From positions 13,334-77,333 of the forward strand of contig JAUIDB010000010.1 of assembly GCA_030429235.1 (NCBI GenBank): 64,000 nt of DNA. Direction: 5' to 3'. A model generated the notes under the pieces. It was not told the DNA's origin. It was given only the letters and a program-made list of their open reading frames with translations, and made no database searches. Below, piece by piece: positions 1-7,820 of this stretch (positions within the stretch are counted from its first letter, which is position 1; each line of letters opens with the position of its first letter). The stretch is from Thermoanaerobaculia bacterium. GTDB lineage: Bacteria > Acidobacteriota > Thermoanaerobaculia > Multivoradales > JAIOJS01. Position numbers and translations under genes: made by a program.

Positions 1-920
1 GCTACTTGGGCCATCTGCTGGTAGGAGGGTCGGTCCGCGACGTCGAACTAGCCAATGGCCACGCCTACCTGGCAGGCAGCGGAGGCTTTACGGTATTGGA
101 TACTTCGTCACCGTGGATGCCAACTGTGTCTGCGAGGTTTGAAACCCAGGGCCGAGCCCTTGATGTCTCGTTGGATTCTGGATTGGCCTATGTTTCCGTC
201 GATGGTCCCGAGGGCCTGTTGATTTATGACTTGGGAGACCCAGGAGTCCCGGTGCTGCTCGGTTCACTTGCGTCGGCATCCGCAGCCGAAGAGGTTTCCG
301 TTAGGGGCGGCTATGCGTTCTTGGCATCACCCTTTCTTGATCTGAAGATCGTTGATATCAGCGTTCCGTCAGCGCCAATCGAAGTTGCTTCGGTAGTAGC
401 CGGGGCCTCCCAGACGACCGCCCTCAATGGCGACTACGCCTATAGCGCCGGTTCTCAACTGGCGGTCATCGATGTCTCCGTTCCGTCCAACCCGGTGGTT
501 CTGGCCTCTCAGGGGTTGCCCTTCTCAATAAGCGACTCTGCAGTTCGCAATGGGGTGCTCTACTTCTCCTCTTCCGGCCTGCGCGTTTTTGACACTGTCG
601 ATCCTCTTTCTCCGAACCAAATCGGATTGCTGTCTCTGGCGGGAGGTTCTTCCCACGATTTGGTCCTCGAGGCCGACCTCGTCTACCTGGCTGCCGGCCT
701 AGGTGGTGTTCGGGTAGTAGATGTTTCTGCGCCCACGGCACCTCGGCAAGTAGCGTATCGCGGTACCTCGTACGCTCGTGGAATTGCGGTTGGTGGTGAT
801 CGGGTTGCTGTAGCCAAGGACGGGCAAGGTCTGTCGATTCTGCAAGGCTGCGCAGGGCTGCTTTTTGCCGATGGTTTTGAGTCCGGGGATACCGTGGCCT
901 GGCCCCAGAGTAGTCCGTAG
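1..920 (+). CDS. Secreted LVIVD-repeat beta-propeller protein, 5' partial at the window edge. It carries the C-terminal FADGFESGDTVAW tail.
   Basis: The reading frame is open from nt 3 (TTG at 6 in the track). Repeats of the type LVYLAAGLGGVRVVDVS, FTVLDTS and LAVIDVS are typical of LVIVD repeats. The last 20 aa are LLFADGFESGDTVAWPQSSP. Confidence 0.6.
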   Translation, partial: YLGHLLVGGSVRDVELANGHAYLAGSGGFTVLDTSSPWMPTVSARFETQGRALDVSLDSGLAYVSVDGPEGLLIYDLGDPGVPVLLGSLASASAAEEVSVRGGYAFLASPFLDLKIVDISVPSAPIEVASVVAGASQTTALNGDYAYSAGSQLAVIDVSVPSNPVVLASQGLPFSISDSAVRNGVLYFSSSGLRVFDTVDPLSPNQIGLLSLAGGSSHDLVLEADLVYLAAGLGGVRVVDVSAPTAPRQVAYRGTSYARGIAVGGDRVAVAKDGQGLSILQGCAGLLFADGFESGDTVAWPQSSP

Positions 921-1197
921 CTCTTGCTCTTCAGTGGCGGCTGAACTTCGTGCCAGATGGGAGTGCGTCAAGGTGGGGTTCACCCCTTATACCGTCGTTT
1001 GTTTGGGGACTTCGCCTACGAGCCAACCGCCGAAGATCTGAGGTTTTGGAACGAGTGGGCCGAGGAAGGCAGGAGAGTACTGGGTGCGGGCCGGGTCGGA
1101 TTGCGGGAGTTGGTCGAACCGAACGGTTGGTTCCTCGAACCCTCGCTAGTTCGCGCTAGGATCGCCCCTCGAATCCAGCCACACGAGGAACGTCTCC

Positions 1198-2661
1198 ATG
1201 ATCCGACTGAACCAGCTCCGCTTGCTGACCCTCTTGGTCACGATCGCCGCCGCCCTGCTGCTTGCGAGTCCCTCCGCCTCGACGGAGGCGGGGGAGACCT
1301 CCGATCTGCTGCTGATTCTCGACGCCTCGGGGTCGATGTGGGGGCAGATCGACGGCGAGAACAAGATCGTCATCGCTCGTCGCGTCATGGCGGGCCTGAT
1401 CGAGGGGCTTCCGGACGAGAGCGAGGTGGGGCTGGTGGCCTACGGGCATCGCCGTGAGGGCGACTGCGAGGACATCGAGACCGTAGTGCCGATCGGGCCG
1501 CTCGACCGCGGTGCCCTCACCGGGCGGATCGGGGAGCTCAACCCCAAGGGCAAGACGCCGATCACGCGTTCGGTCGAGGAGGCGTTCGCCTCGGTTCGGG
1601 GGCGGGAGGAGCCGACCACGATCGTGCTGGTCAGTGATGGACTGGAGACCTGTGGGGGCGACCCCTGTGCCACCGTGCGCGCGGCGGCGGAGGAGGGGAT
1701 CGACTTCGTGCTCCACGTGGTGGGTTTCGACGTCGCCAAGGAGGACGTCTCGTCGCTCGAGTGTGCGGCCCAGGCGGGGAACGGGCTCTACCTGACGGCG
1801 GAGACCGCAGGGGAGCTGGGAGCGGCGCTGGATCGGGCGGTGGCGATGCCGGCCGAGGTGCCGGGGGGGCGGCTGTCGGTCAAGGTGATCGCCGATGGCG
1901 AACTGGCCGACGCCGCGGTCCACGTCACGCGGTCCGCCGACGGTGAAGAAGCTGGTGGCGGACGCACGTACACCAGTCCCGAGACGAATCCGCGCATCAT
2001 TCCGCTGGCCGATGGTACCTACGACGTCGAAGTGACCGCGGTCGGCCTGCGCGGCGACAACCAGCGAACCTTCGCCGAGGTGGTCATCGCCGAGGACGGC
2101 GAGATGGTGGAGAAGGTAGTCGACTTCACCGCCGGCGAGGTCACGATCGAGGTCACCCGCAACGGCGAGCTCTCGGACGCCACCGTCCGCGCCTACCGCA
2201 GCGGCACCACCGAGCAGGTCGATGCCAGCCGGAGCTACGCCGCTTCCTCCTCGAACCCGGTACGGTTTCGCCTCACCGCCGGCACCTACGACGTAGAGAT
2301 CGGCTCGGTCGAGATGAGCGACAAACCCGAGCACCGCTGGGAAGGCGTGGTCATCGAACCGGGCGGACTCGCCGAACTCTCGCACGACTTCACCAGCGGC
2401 ACCTTGAAGGTCGGCGCCACCCTGGCCGGCGAACTGGTCGACGCCACCACCTCGGTCCGCCGGGTCTCCGACGGCAAGGCAGTGGCCCAGGGCCGAACCT
2501 ACACGAGCCCCAAGTCGAATCCCAAGACCTGGGATCTCGCTCCTGGCCGCTACCGAGTTACGGTCAAGGGGGTACGGCTCGAGGGGGATCCCCGCCGGGA
2601 GGTCGAGTTGGAGGTCCGGGCAGGTGAGATCACCGAGACGATGGTTGAGTTCGACGGGTGA
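1198..2661 (+). CDS. von Willebrand factor A (vWA) domain protein with a signal peptide and four tandem ~70-aa C-terminal repeats.
   Basis: GAGGAA RBS upstream and a hydrophobic signal peptide. A MIDAS motif DASGSM with downstream LVSDGLETCGGDPC supports vWA. Four repeats share a GRTYTSP.SNP...GTYDVEV core. Confidence 0.85.
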   Translation: MIRLNQLRLLTLLVTIAAALLLASPSASTEAGETSDLLLILDASGSMWGQIDGENKIVIARRVMAGLIEGLPDESEVGLVAYGHRREGDCEDIETVVPIGPLDRGALTGRIGELNPKGKTPITRSVEEAFASVRGREEPTTIVLVSDGLETCGGDPCATVRAAAEEGIDFVLHVVGFDVAKEDVSSLECAAQAGNGLYLTAETAGELGAALDRAVAMPAEVPGGRLSVKVIADGELADAAVHVTRSADGEEAGGGRTYTSPETNPRIIPLADGTYDVEVTAVGLRGDNQRTFAEVVIAEDGEMVEKVVDFTAGEVTIEVTRNGELSDATVRAYRSGTTEQVDASRSYAASSSNPVRFRLTAGTYDVEIGSVEMSDKPEHRWEGVVIEPGGLAELSHDFTSGTLKVGATLAGELVDATTSVRRVSDGKAVAQGRTYTSPKSNPKTWDLAPGRYRVTVKGVRLEGDPRREVELEVRAGEITETMVEFDG

Positions 2662-2688
2662 AAGCTAGGCCGTTCCTTGAAGGGATGG

Positions 2689-3672
2689 CTACTTGCGAGG
2701 GGAGGCCTGCAGAACCGTGTTCAGTACCCCGTCGACGACGGTAGCCATCCGTTCATAGTCCAGCGTGTCGGCAGTGTCCGAGGACGTGTGGTAGTTGGGA
2801 TTCCTCATGAAGGCGGTGTCCGTCACCATCACAGCGTCGTATCCGTTGCGCCAGTAGTTGCGGTGGTCGGAAGCATCGATCCCCATTACCACGGGTCCGT
2901 TGAAGCTGAAGACTGGGATGGTGGAAGCGCCTCTGAACGACTTCTTGGCGTGGGCGGTGAGCCAGGCGTCTTCTGAGCGACCCACCACGGCGATGAAGTT
3001 CCCGTGGTCCGGGTAGAAGAGATCCAGGATCCAGCTGGGCCATGGCTGCTCGTCGACGAAGTAGCCGATCATCTCCAGGTTGATCATCCCCCAGATCTCC
3101 TGCTCCTCGGCGCCCAATAGGTCCGCGTGCACTCGGCTCCCCATGAGTGGGGAAGCGTAGAAGGGCGGCTCTTCCAGGGTGAAAGCGACCAGGGTTACCG
3201 GGAGCTTCGGCTGGGTGGCGCCGAGCAGCCGTGCTAGCTCCAGAAGGCCGGCCGTGCCGCTCGCATTGTCGTCAGCCCCTGGGAACTCGCCAAACAGAGT
3301 GAAGGCATCGTAGTGGGCTCCCACCACGACTCTGGGTCCCTCGTGCGGTCCAAACTCGGCGATCACGTTGTGGTAGTCGGATCCGTTCGCCGGGAAGGTC
3401 TGAAGGCGTACTCGGTCCGAGTACTGCTCGAACAGATCGGCGATGTAGTTGGCGGCTCGGGCGAGATTCTCCGGGTTGTCGCTCCCTCTCGGTACGACCT
3501 TCGTGGTCAGGAAGCGAGTGTGGGCCTCTAGAAGGTCAGCCCGCGCCCGATCGTGGGTCAGATCCTCGAAGTGGCCGAGGGAAGGCCGGCGGAGCACGAA
3601 GCAGGCGGTCGCGAGGAGTGTGAGCGCCAGGATTCCGGCAATCGTGAGGATTCGTAGTAGGCGGCGGAGCAC
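2689..3672 (-). CDS. M28 family Zn aminopeptidase, secreted.
   Basis: N-terminal TM/signal. Motifs HYDAF and GADDNASGTAGLLELARLL, plus an EEPPF region, are hallmark M28 metal ligands. Confidence 0.85.
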   Translation of the reverse strand: MLRRLLRILTIAGILALTLLATACFVLRRPSLGHFEDLTHDRARADLLEAHTRFLTTKVVPRGSDNPENLARAANYIADLFEQYSDRVRLQTFPANGSDYHNVIAEFGPHEGPRVVVGAHYDAFTLFGEFPGADDNASGTAGLLELARLLGATQPKLPVTLVAFTLEEPPFYASPLMGSRVHADLLGAEEQEIWGMINLEMIGYFVDEQPWPSWILDLFYPDHGNFIAVVGRSEDAWLTAHAKKSFRGASTIPVFSFNGPVVMGIDASDHRNYWRNGYDAVMVTDTAFMRNPNYHTSSDTADTLDYERMATVVDGVLNTVLQASPRK

Positions 3673-3934
3673 ACTGGTTCTACGCTGTGGCCGAGAGAAC
3701 CGTCCAACGTGTGAGTTTCTGGCCGGACCGCGGCGACCGCGGGAGTTCCTGTCTCACCAGACGGACCATTGTGCGGTTTGCGAGCCGGCTCGATAGCAAC
3801 TGATGAAGCTCCCCACTGACTGAGGGCAGTTCCTGCTCGTGCTTCAACTGCTTCTTTGGGTTCGAGGCGAGTGGAGTAGGCGGAAGTGCAGCCGGTGCTT
3901 GCTCTGCATTCGTCGAGACACTCGATGGTCCACG

Positions 3935-3950
3935 TGGCACGTCAGTTGCT
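3935..3950 (+). promoter_or_regulatory. Sigma54 (RpoN) -24/-12 promoter, TGGCACG-N4-TTGCT, oriented toward the CDS at 4073.
   Basis: Reads cacgTGGCACgtcagTTGCTcc, an exact GG-N10-GC arrangement. It lies about 120 nt upstream of the ATG at 4073. Confidence 0.45.
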
Positions 3951-4072
3951 CCTAGGACGATCGAAGCGCGCTGATCAGAAGGATGGTCCTCCACCGCGCG
4001 GACGCATCGATCCGATGCTCACACCAAGTTGTGCGGTGACCAAGAACGAATTGCTAACGAAGGGGAACAAAT

Positions 4073-5392
4073 ATGTTCAATCTCAAGAATCTAGTCATCG
4101 CGACGATTTGCCTTCTGGCGATCCCGGCTGTGCTGCCGGCGCAGTGGGTAATCAACGGTTGGATGCCGGCGGGCACGGTACCGATCGACTACCCGCCCAG
4201 TCCGTTCTTTGCTGCAAGCTACCAGGGACACCTGTTCGTAATGGATGGAGTGACCGCTTGGGTTGGAGAGGTAGACCCCTCGACCGGCAACATCCTGAGC
4301 TGGGAGGAAACCACGGCACCCGATCGGACCCAGTACCGAGCAGCTTTGGTGCCCACGAGTGCGGCCGTCGTGGGTGACTACATCGTGATACCCCATGAAC
4401 CCGAGTCGCTGGTCGCTCGGTTCAACAGCGACGGATCGATCGACGGGGACTGGCTTCCAGCCCCCGGACTCGTCAATGCAAGAGCCACGACCGGTGTTGG
4501 AGCGACCGCCGTGTCAGGCTCCTTCCTCTACGTCGTGGGGGGACATGGGCCCGGCTCGGCCCTGGGACGTGTAGAGGGAACTCTCGTCAACCAGGACGGC
4601 ACCCTGGCTCCCTGGCAAGACCTTGGATCCCTACCGGCCCCCGTGATCCTCCACGACCCAAGGGCTGATGTGATCGATGGCTTCCTCTACGTGTTCGGAG
4701 GAGAAGGAACGTCGCCTTCGGGCTCCTTGACCCACTCTCGGAACGTTCACCGGGCCCAGATTCAGCCAGACGGTACGCTTGGATCCTGGGTCAAGGTCGG
4801 TGACATGCTGCAGGCTCGCCCGCATGCCGGCCACCTGCTTGCAAACGGATCCGTCCATGTGGTTGCCGGCGGTGTTCACTCCTACATGACAAGTTCGGTG
4901 GAGTCAGCGACTCTTGCCGAGTTTGGGGAGACCGGGAGTCATATCCAGAACGCTCCCTTGCCCTACTCTCCGGGCCTCAACGAACTGGCTACGGCCGTAG
5001 TGGGGTCTTGGGGTTACGTCGTTGGTGGGAACACCCGACCGTTCGGTGGTGGTTTGGTTGCGGATGTTCTCGTCGCTCAGCTCGCACCCCTTTGCTCGGC
5101 CGATGGCGGCCCGTTTCATTTCGTTCGTCGACGTGGGAAGCCCAGGACAGAGTCTGCATCCTGGGTCGGATGCGGGGGCTCAGGGACGCTGCGGATCCTC
5201 AACAGCGGCACTTCTTCCGCGGTTGTTGTGCTCAACGGGGGCGAAGTAGCAGGGCCACAAGACTTCAACCCCAACGTGCAGGTCCTCGAGATTCCGATTC
5301 TGGACCTACCGACCGAGAACACCTTGGAGGTGACCATGAGGGGAGCTCCGGGTTCGAGTCTGCAGATCTCGTTCATAGCAGCAGGCTCTTGA
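4073..5392 (+). CDS. Secreted protein with Kelch-like beta-propeller blades (hypothetical).
   Basis: AAGGGGA RBS and a signal peptide MFNLKNLVIATICLLAIPAVLPA. Repeated FLYVVGGHG and FLYVFGGEG blade motifs. Confidence 0.6.
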   Translation: MFNLKNLVIATICLLAIPAVLPAQWVINGWMPAGTVPIDYPPSPFFAASYQGHLFVMDGVTAWVGEVDPSTGNILSWEETTAPDRTQYRAALVPTSAAVVGDYIVIPHEPESLVARFNSDGSIDGDWLPAPGLVNARATTGVGATAVSGSFLYVVGGHGPGSALGRVEGTLVNQDGTLAPWQDLGSLPAPVILHDPRADVIDGFLYVFGGEGTSPSGSLTHSRNVHRAQIQPDGTLGSWVKVGDMLQARPHAGHLLANGSVHVVAGGVHSYMTSSVESATLAEFGETGSHIQNAPLPYSPGLNELATAVVGSWGYVVGGNTRPFGGGLVADVLVAQLAPLCSADGGPFHFVRRRGKPRTESASWVGCGGSGTLRILNSGTSSAVVVLNGGEVAGPQDFNPNVQVLEIPILDLPTENTLEVTMRGAPGSSLQISFIAAGS

Positions 5393-5420
5393 TTCCGGCC
5401 CCTTCGCTTCAGTTGGCGAG

Positions 5421-5459
5421 CAAGACCACAGTAGGCCAGGGCGTCCTACTGTGGTCTTG
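5421..5459. terminator. Perfect 15-bp stem-loop between convergent genes, a bidirectional terminator-like hairpin without a U-tract.
   Basis: Stem caagaccacagtagg, loop ccagggcgt, stem cctactgtggtcttg. It lies between the stop of the 4073..5392 gene and the stop of the 5686..6804 gene. Confidence 0.45.
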
Positions 5460-5685
5460 GGCCTGATGATCGAGACTCTCTATCCAGGACCAGAGCTCCT
5501 TGGCTCGCCCGAAGTCGTACTGGGGCACCGGCGTCGGAGCCGGGCGCGTTCTTTGGGCGACGTTTCGGTCGCGATGAGCTTCGGTTTTGGGAGTAAGAAC
5601 AGGCGACGATCGTGTCACCGGAAGTGGCTGCAGGTCATAGCATGGCCAAACTAGGACCGAGCTGGATCATCACTCCTTGGGTTCG

Positions 5686-6804
5686 CTAGCCCGTCCTTGG
5701 CGACCTACGCGATGGTGAGATCGCGGCTGAGCTTGCCCGGAAGAAGATCAACGCCGAGAGTAGCGGGCCACCGAGTATGAGCATGAATCCAGAGAACGCC
5801 CTCACAGCCACGTTCTGAATACTGAGGTAGTAGTCCACGAGATGACTCGAGTATTGCCAGGCGTATTGGACCGTGGCGATCGCGATGAGGGCTGAGATAG
5901 CCGGTGCGGCATACCGACGGAGCCACTCTTGGCGTTTGAAGAATGCCGAGATGGGAGCCACTAGAACGGAAAACACCACCAGCATTACGGTCAAGGCCAC
6001 AGAAGCCCGAATCCAGAGGTTCATAACGCCCTTCTGGGTCAACAGGTCTCTCATTCGCTGGCTTTTGGCATGGTCTCGTGCTAGCTTGCCATCCAGGTCT
6101 CGAATGTTGACGTCAGCTCCCATGGCGATTAGTACTTCCGCTACCTGTGTGTAGTCCTCTCTGACCGCGGCCATCAACGGTGTAGTGCCGTCCTGTGCAG
6201 TCGCATCGACTTCGAGGTGTCTTCCGCTGTCTCCGATCTCGGTGAGGATTTCATGGTGACCCCGGGCCGCTACAAACCACAGTGGCGCCGCACCTTCAGG
6301 CCCACCTTTCAGGTTCAGGTTCGCACCGCCGCTGACGAGTTCCCGGAAGACCTCCAGTCGGCCCCGTTTGGCAGCAATGACGAGGGGTGTCTCTCCAAGG
6401 CTGTTTCTCGTGTCGATGTCTGGCATCCTGTCTTGAGCTAGGAGGAGCCTCAGGGTCTGCGTATCTGCGTTTCTTGCGGCTACGTGTAGGACAGTGTCTC
6501 CTGGGGCCATTTCCACAGAGTCGCCTGCTCCCTCAGGGACACGAAGAAAGGCGTCGGCTCCGTTGGCAAGAAGAAGTCGTGCTAATCCGGTACGGCTTCG
6601 GGAGATCGCCCAGAGCAGGGCTGAGATGCCCTCTCCATCCAGTTGGTTCGCATCGCCGGTGTTGGCCAGAGCCGAGAAGAGTTCCTTGACGTTCCCGGAC
6701 TTGGCTGCGGAGACCAGTTTCCCCTCGTTCGCCGCCGCTTGGCTGCTTGCCACGGTAGTCGCAGCCAGCACAAGAGCCACTTTTCCAGCTATACCGAGAT
6801 TCAC
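5686..6804 (-). CDS. Ankyrin-repeat protein with an N-terminal signal peptide and C-terminal transmembrane helices.
   Basis: About 6-7 ANK repeats (GISALLWAI..LLLANGAD, TVLHVAARNADTQTLRLLL, TPLVIAAKRGRLEVFRELV, TPLMAAVREDYTQVAEVLIAMGADVN), followed by 3 hydrophobic helices. Confidence 0.8.
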   Translation of the reverse strand: MNLGIAGKVALVLAATTVASSQAAANEGKLVSAAKSGNVKELFSALANTGDANQLDGEGISALLWAISRSRTGLARLLLANGADAFLRVPEGAGDSVEMAPGDTVLHVAARNADTQTLRLLLAQDRMPDIDTRNSLGETPLVIAAKRGRLEVFRELVSGGANLNLKGGPEGAAPLWFVAARGHHEILTEIGDSGRHLEVDATAQDGTTPLMAAVREDYTQVAEVLIAMGADVNIRDLDGKLARDHAKSQRMRDLLTQKGVMNLWIRASVALTVMLVVFSVLVAPISAFFKRQEWLRRYAAPAISALIAIATVQYAWQYSSHLVDYYLSIQNVAVRAFSGFMLILGGPLLSALIFFRASSAAISPSRRSPRTG

Positions 6805-7619
6805 CGAGACTCACCCTTCCGAGACAGTTCGAGTTGAATTGATTGGAGTGACTCCCCAGTTCCTGCTAGGAAGCGAGATACCGCCTGCTTTTTTTCTGGC
6901 CGGAGATCTAGGGTTGCCGGACAGAGCCTCTTCTTCGTACAGCTGATACGGGATCGTTCCCACTCGTCTATGGATTGCGCCAACTCGAGCAGTCGAAGCG
7001 CTACGGTTTCTCGCTGTCGTTCGTAGCTATCGATTCTGTGAGACAGGGTGTTCTCGGTCCGTTCGGTTGTCTCCCGGACCGCAGTGAGTTCCTTTTTCGT
7101 CTCATAGAGCTGTTCGAGTGTTTCGTTGGCTTTGGCTTGCAGGTCCACAAGTTCGTCCTCGACGGTTTGTATGTGCGCCCCGACCCCAGCGAGTAGAAGC
7201 TCGAAACTCGTACGGATTTCCGAGCGCACTTCGTCGTCGTAGTTCTGAAGCTGCCCCTCCACTTGACGAAAGACCTTCTCTCGATGATCGTTAAAGGCGC
7301 TGGGAATTTGGTCTACGTACTGCATCACCTGCTCGTTGAGTTCGAGGTGTCTACGCACCAGATCGTCGTGTTCACTCCGAAGTACTGATAGCTCGACTTC
7401 GTGAATCCGGAGTTCCTTCCGGAGGTCGGCCGTCAACTCGTTCGCTCGCTGAAGCTGATCTGAACAGCCCTGGCCTTCGGACCTGCATCTCTTGAGATCC
7501 CTTTCGCAGCAGGCTGCGGTGCCACTGATAAGAAAGACGAGCAGTAGCCGAGTCGGCAACGAGCGGCTCCGGCGGTGGAGGCTCCTTTCAGATCGAACCA
7601 TCATGGATTCTTTGTCCAT
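6801..7619 (-). CDS. Coiled-coil protein, possibly a lipoprotein (hypothetical).
   Basis: Signal/lipobox-like LLLVFLISGTAAC, then heptad-rich Glu/Leu/Arg sequence. A 4-nt overlap with the downstream ankyrin gene indicates an operon. Confidence 0.55.
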   Translation of the reverse strand: MDKESMMVRSERSLHRRSRSLPTRLLLVFLISGTAACCERDLKRCRSEGQGCSDQLQRANELTADLRKELRIHEVELSVLRSEHDDLVRRHLELNEQVMQYVDQIPSAFNDHREKVFRQVEGQLQNYDDEVRSEIRTSFELLLAGVGAHIQTVEDELVDLQAKANETLEQLYETKKELTAVRETTERTENTLSHRIDSYERQRETVALRLLELAQSIDEWERSRISCTKKRLCPATLDLRPEKKQAVSRFLAGTGESLQSIQLELSRKGESR

Positions 7620-7820
7620 CCGATCTCCTTCTTCCGAGGCCTTCTCGGGCGGCCTTCACAAAACAACTCGTGGGGCCATGGATCTGCAAGGCCCGGGCCA
7701 AGCCCTCCCGGAGGCCTGGGTATGTCTGGACGCGATTTCCGGCGCGACCCCGAGTGCAAGCAGGTGAAGAGACTGGCTGTGGACGTTGCTAAGCTAGTGT
7801 CTACCCGTGTCTCTCGGAAG

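Noticed and set aside
1156-2385. 409-aa minus-strand ORF opposite the vWA gene
   Set aside because: Antisense artefact.
7760-7790. TGGCTG-N6-TTGCT upstream of the kinase gene
   Set aside because: The spacer is one nt too long for sigma54.
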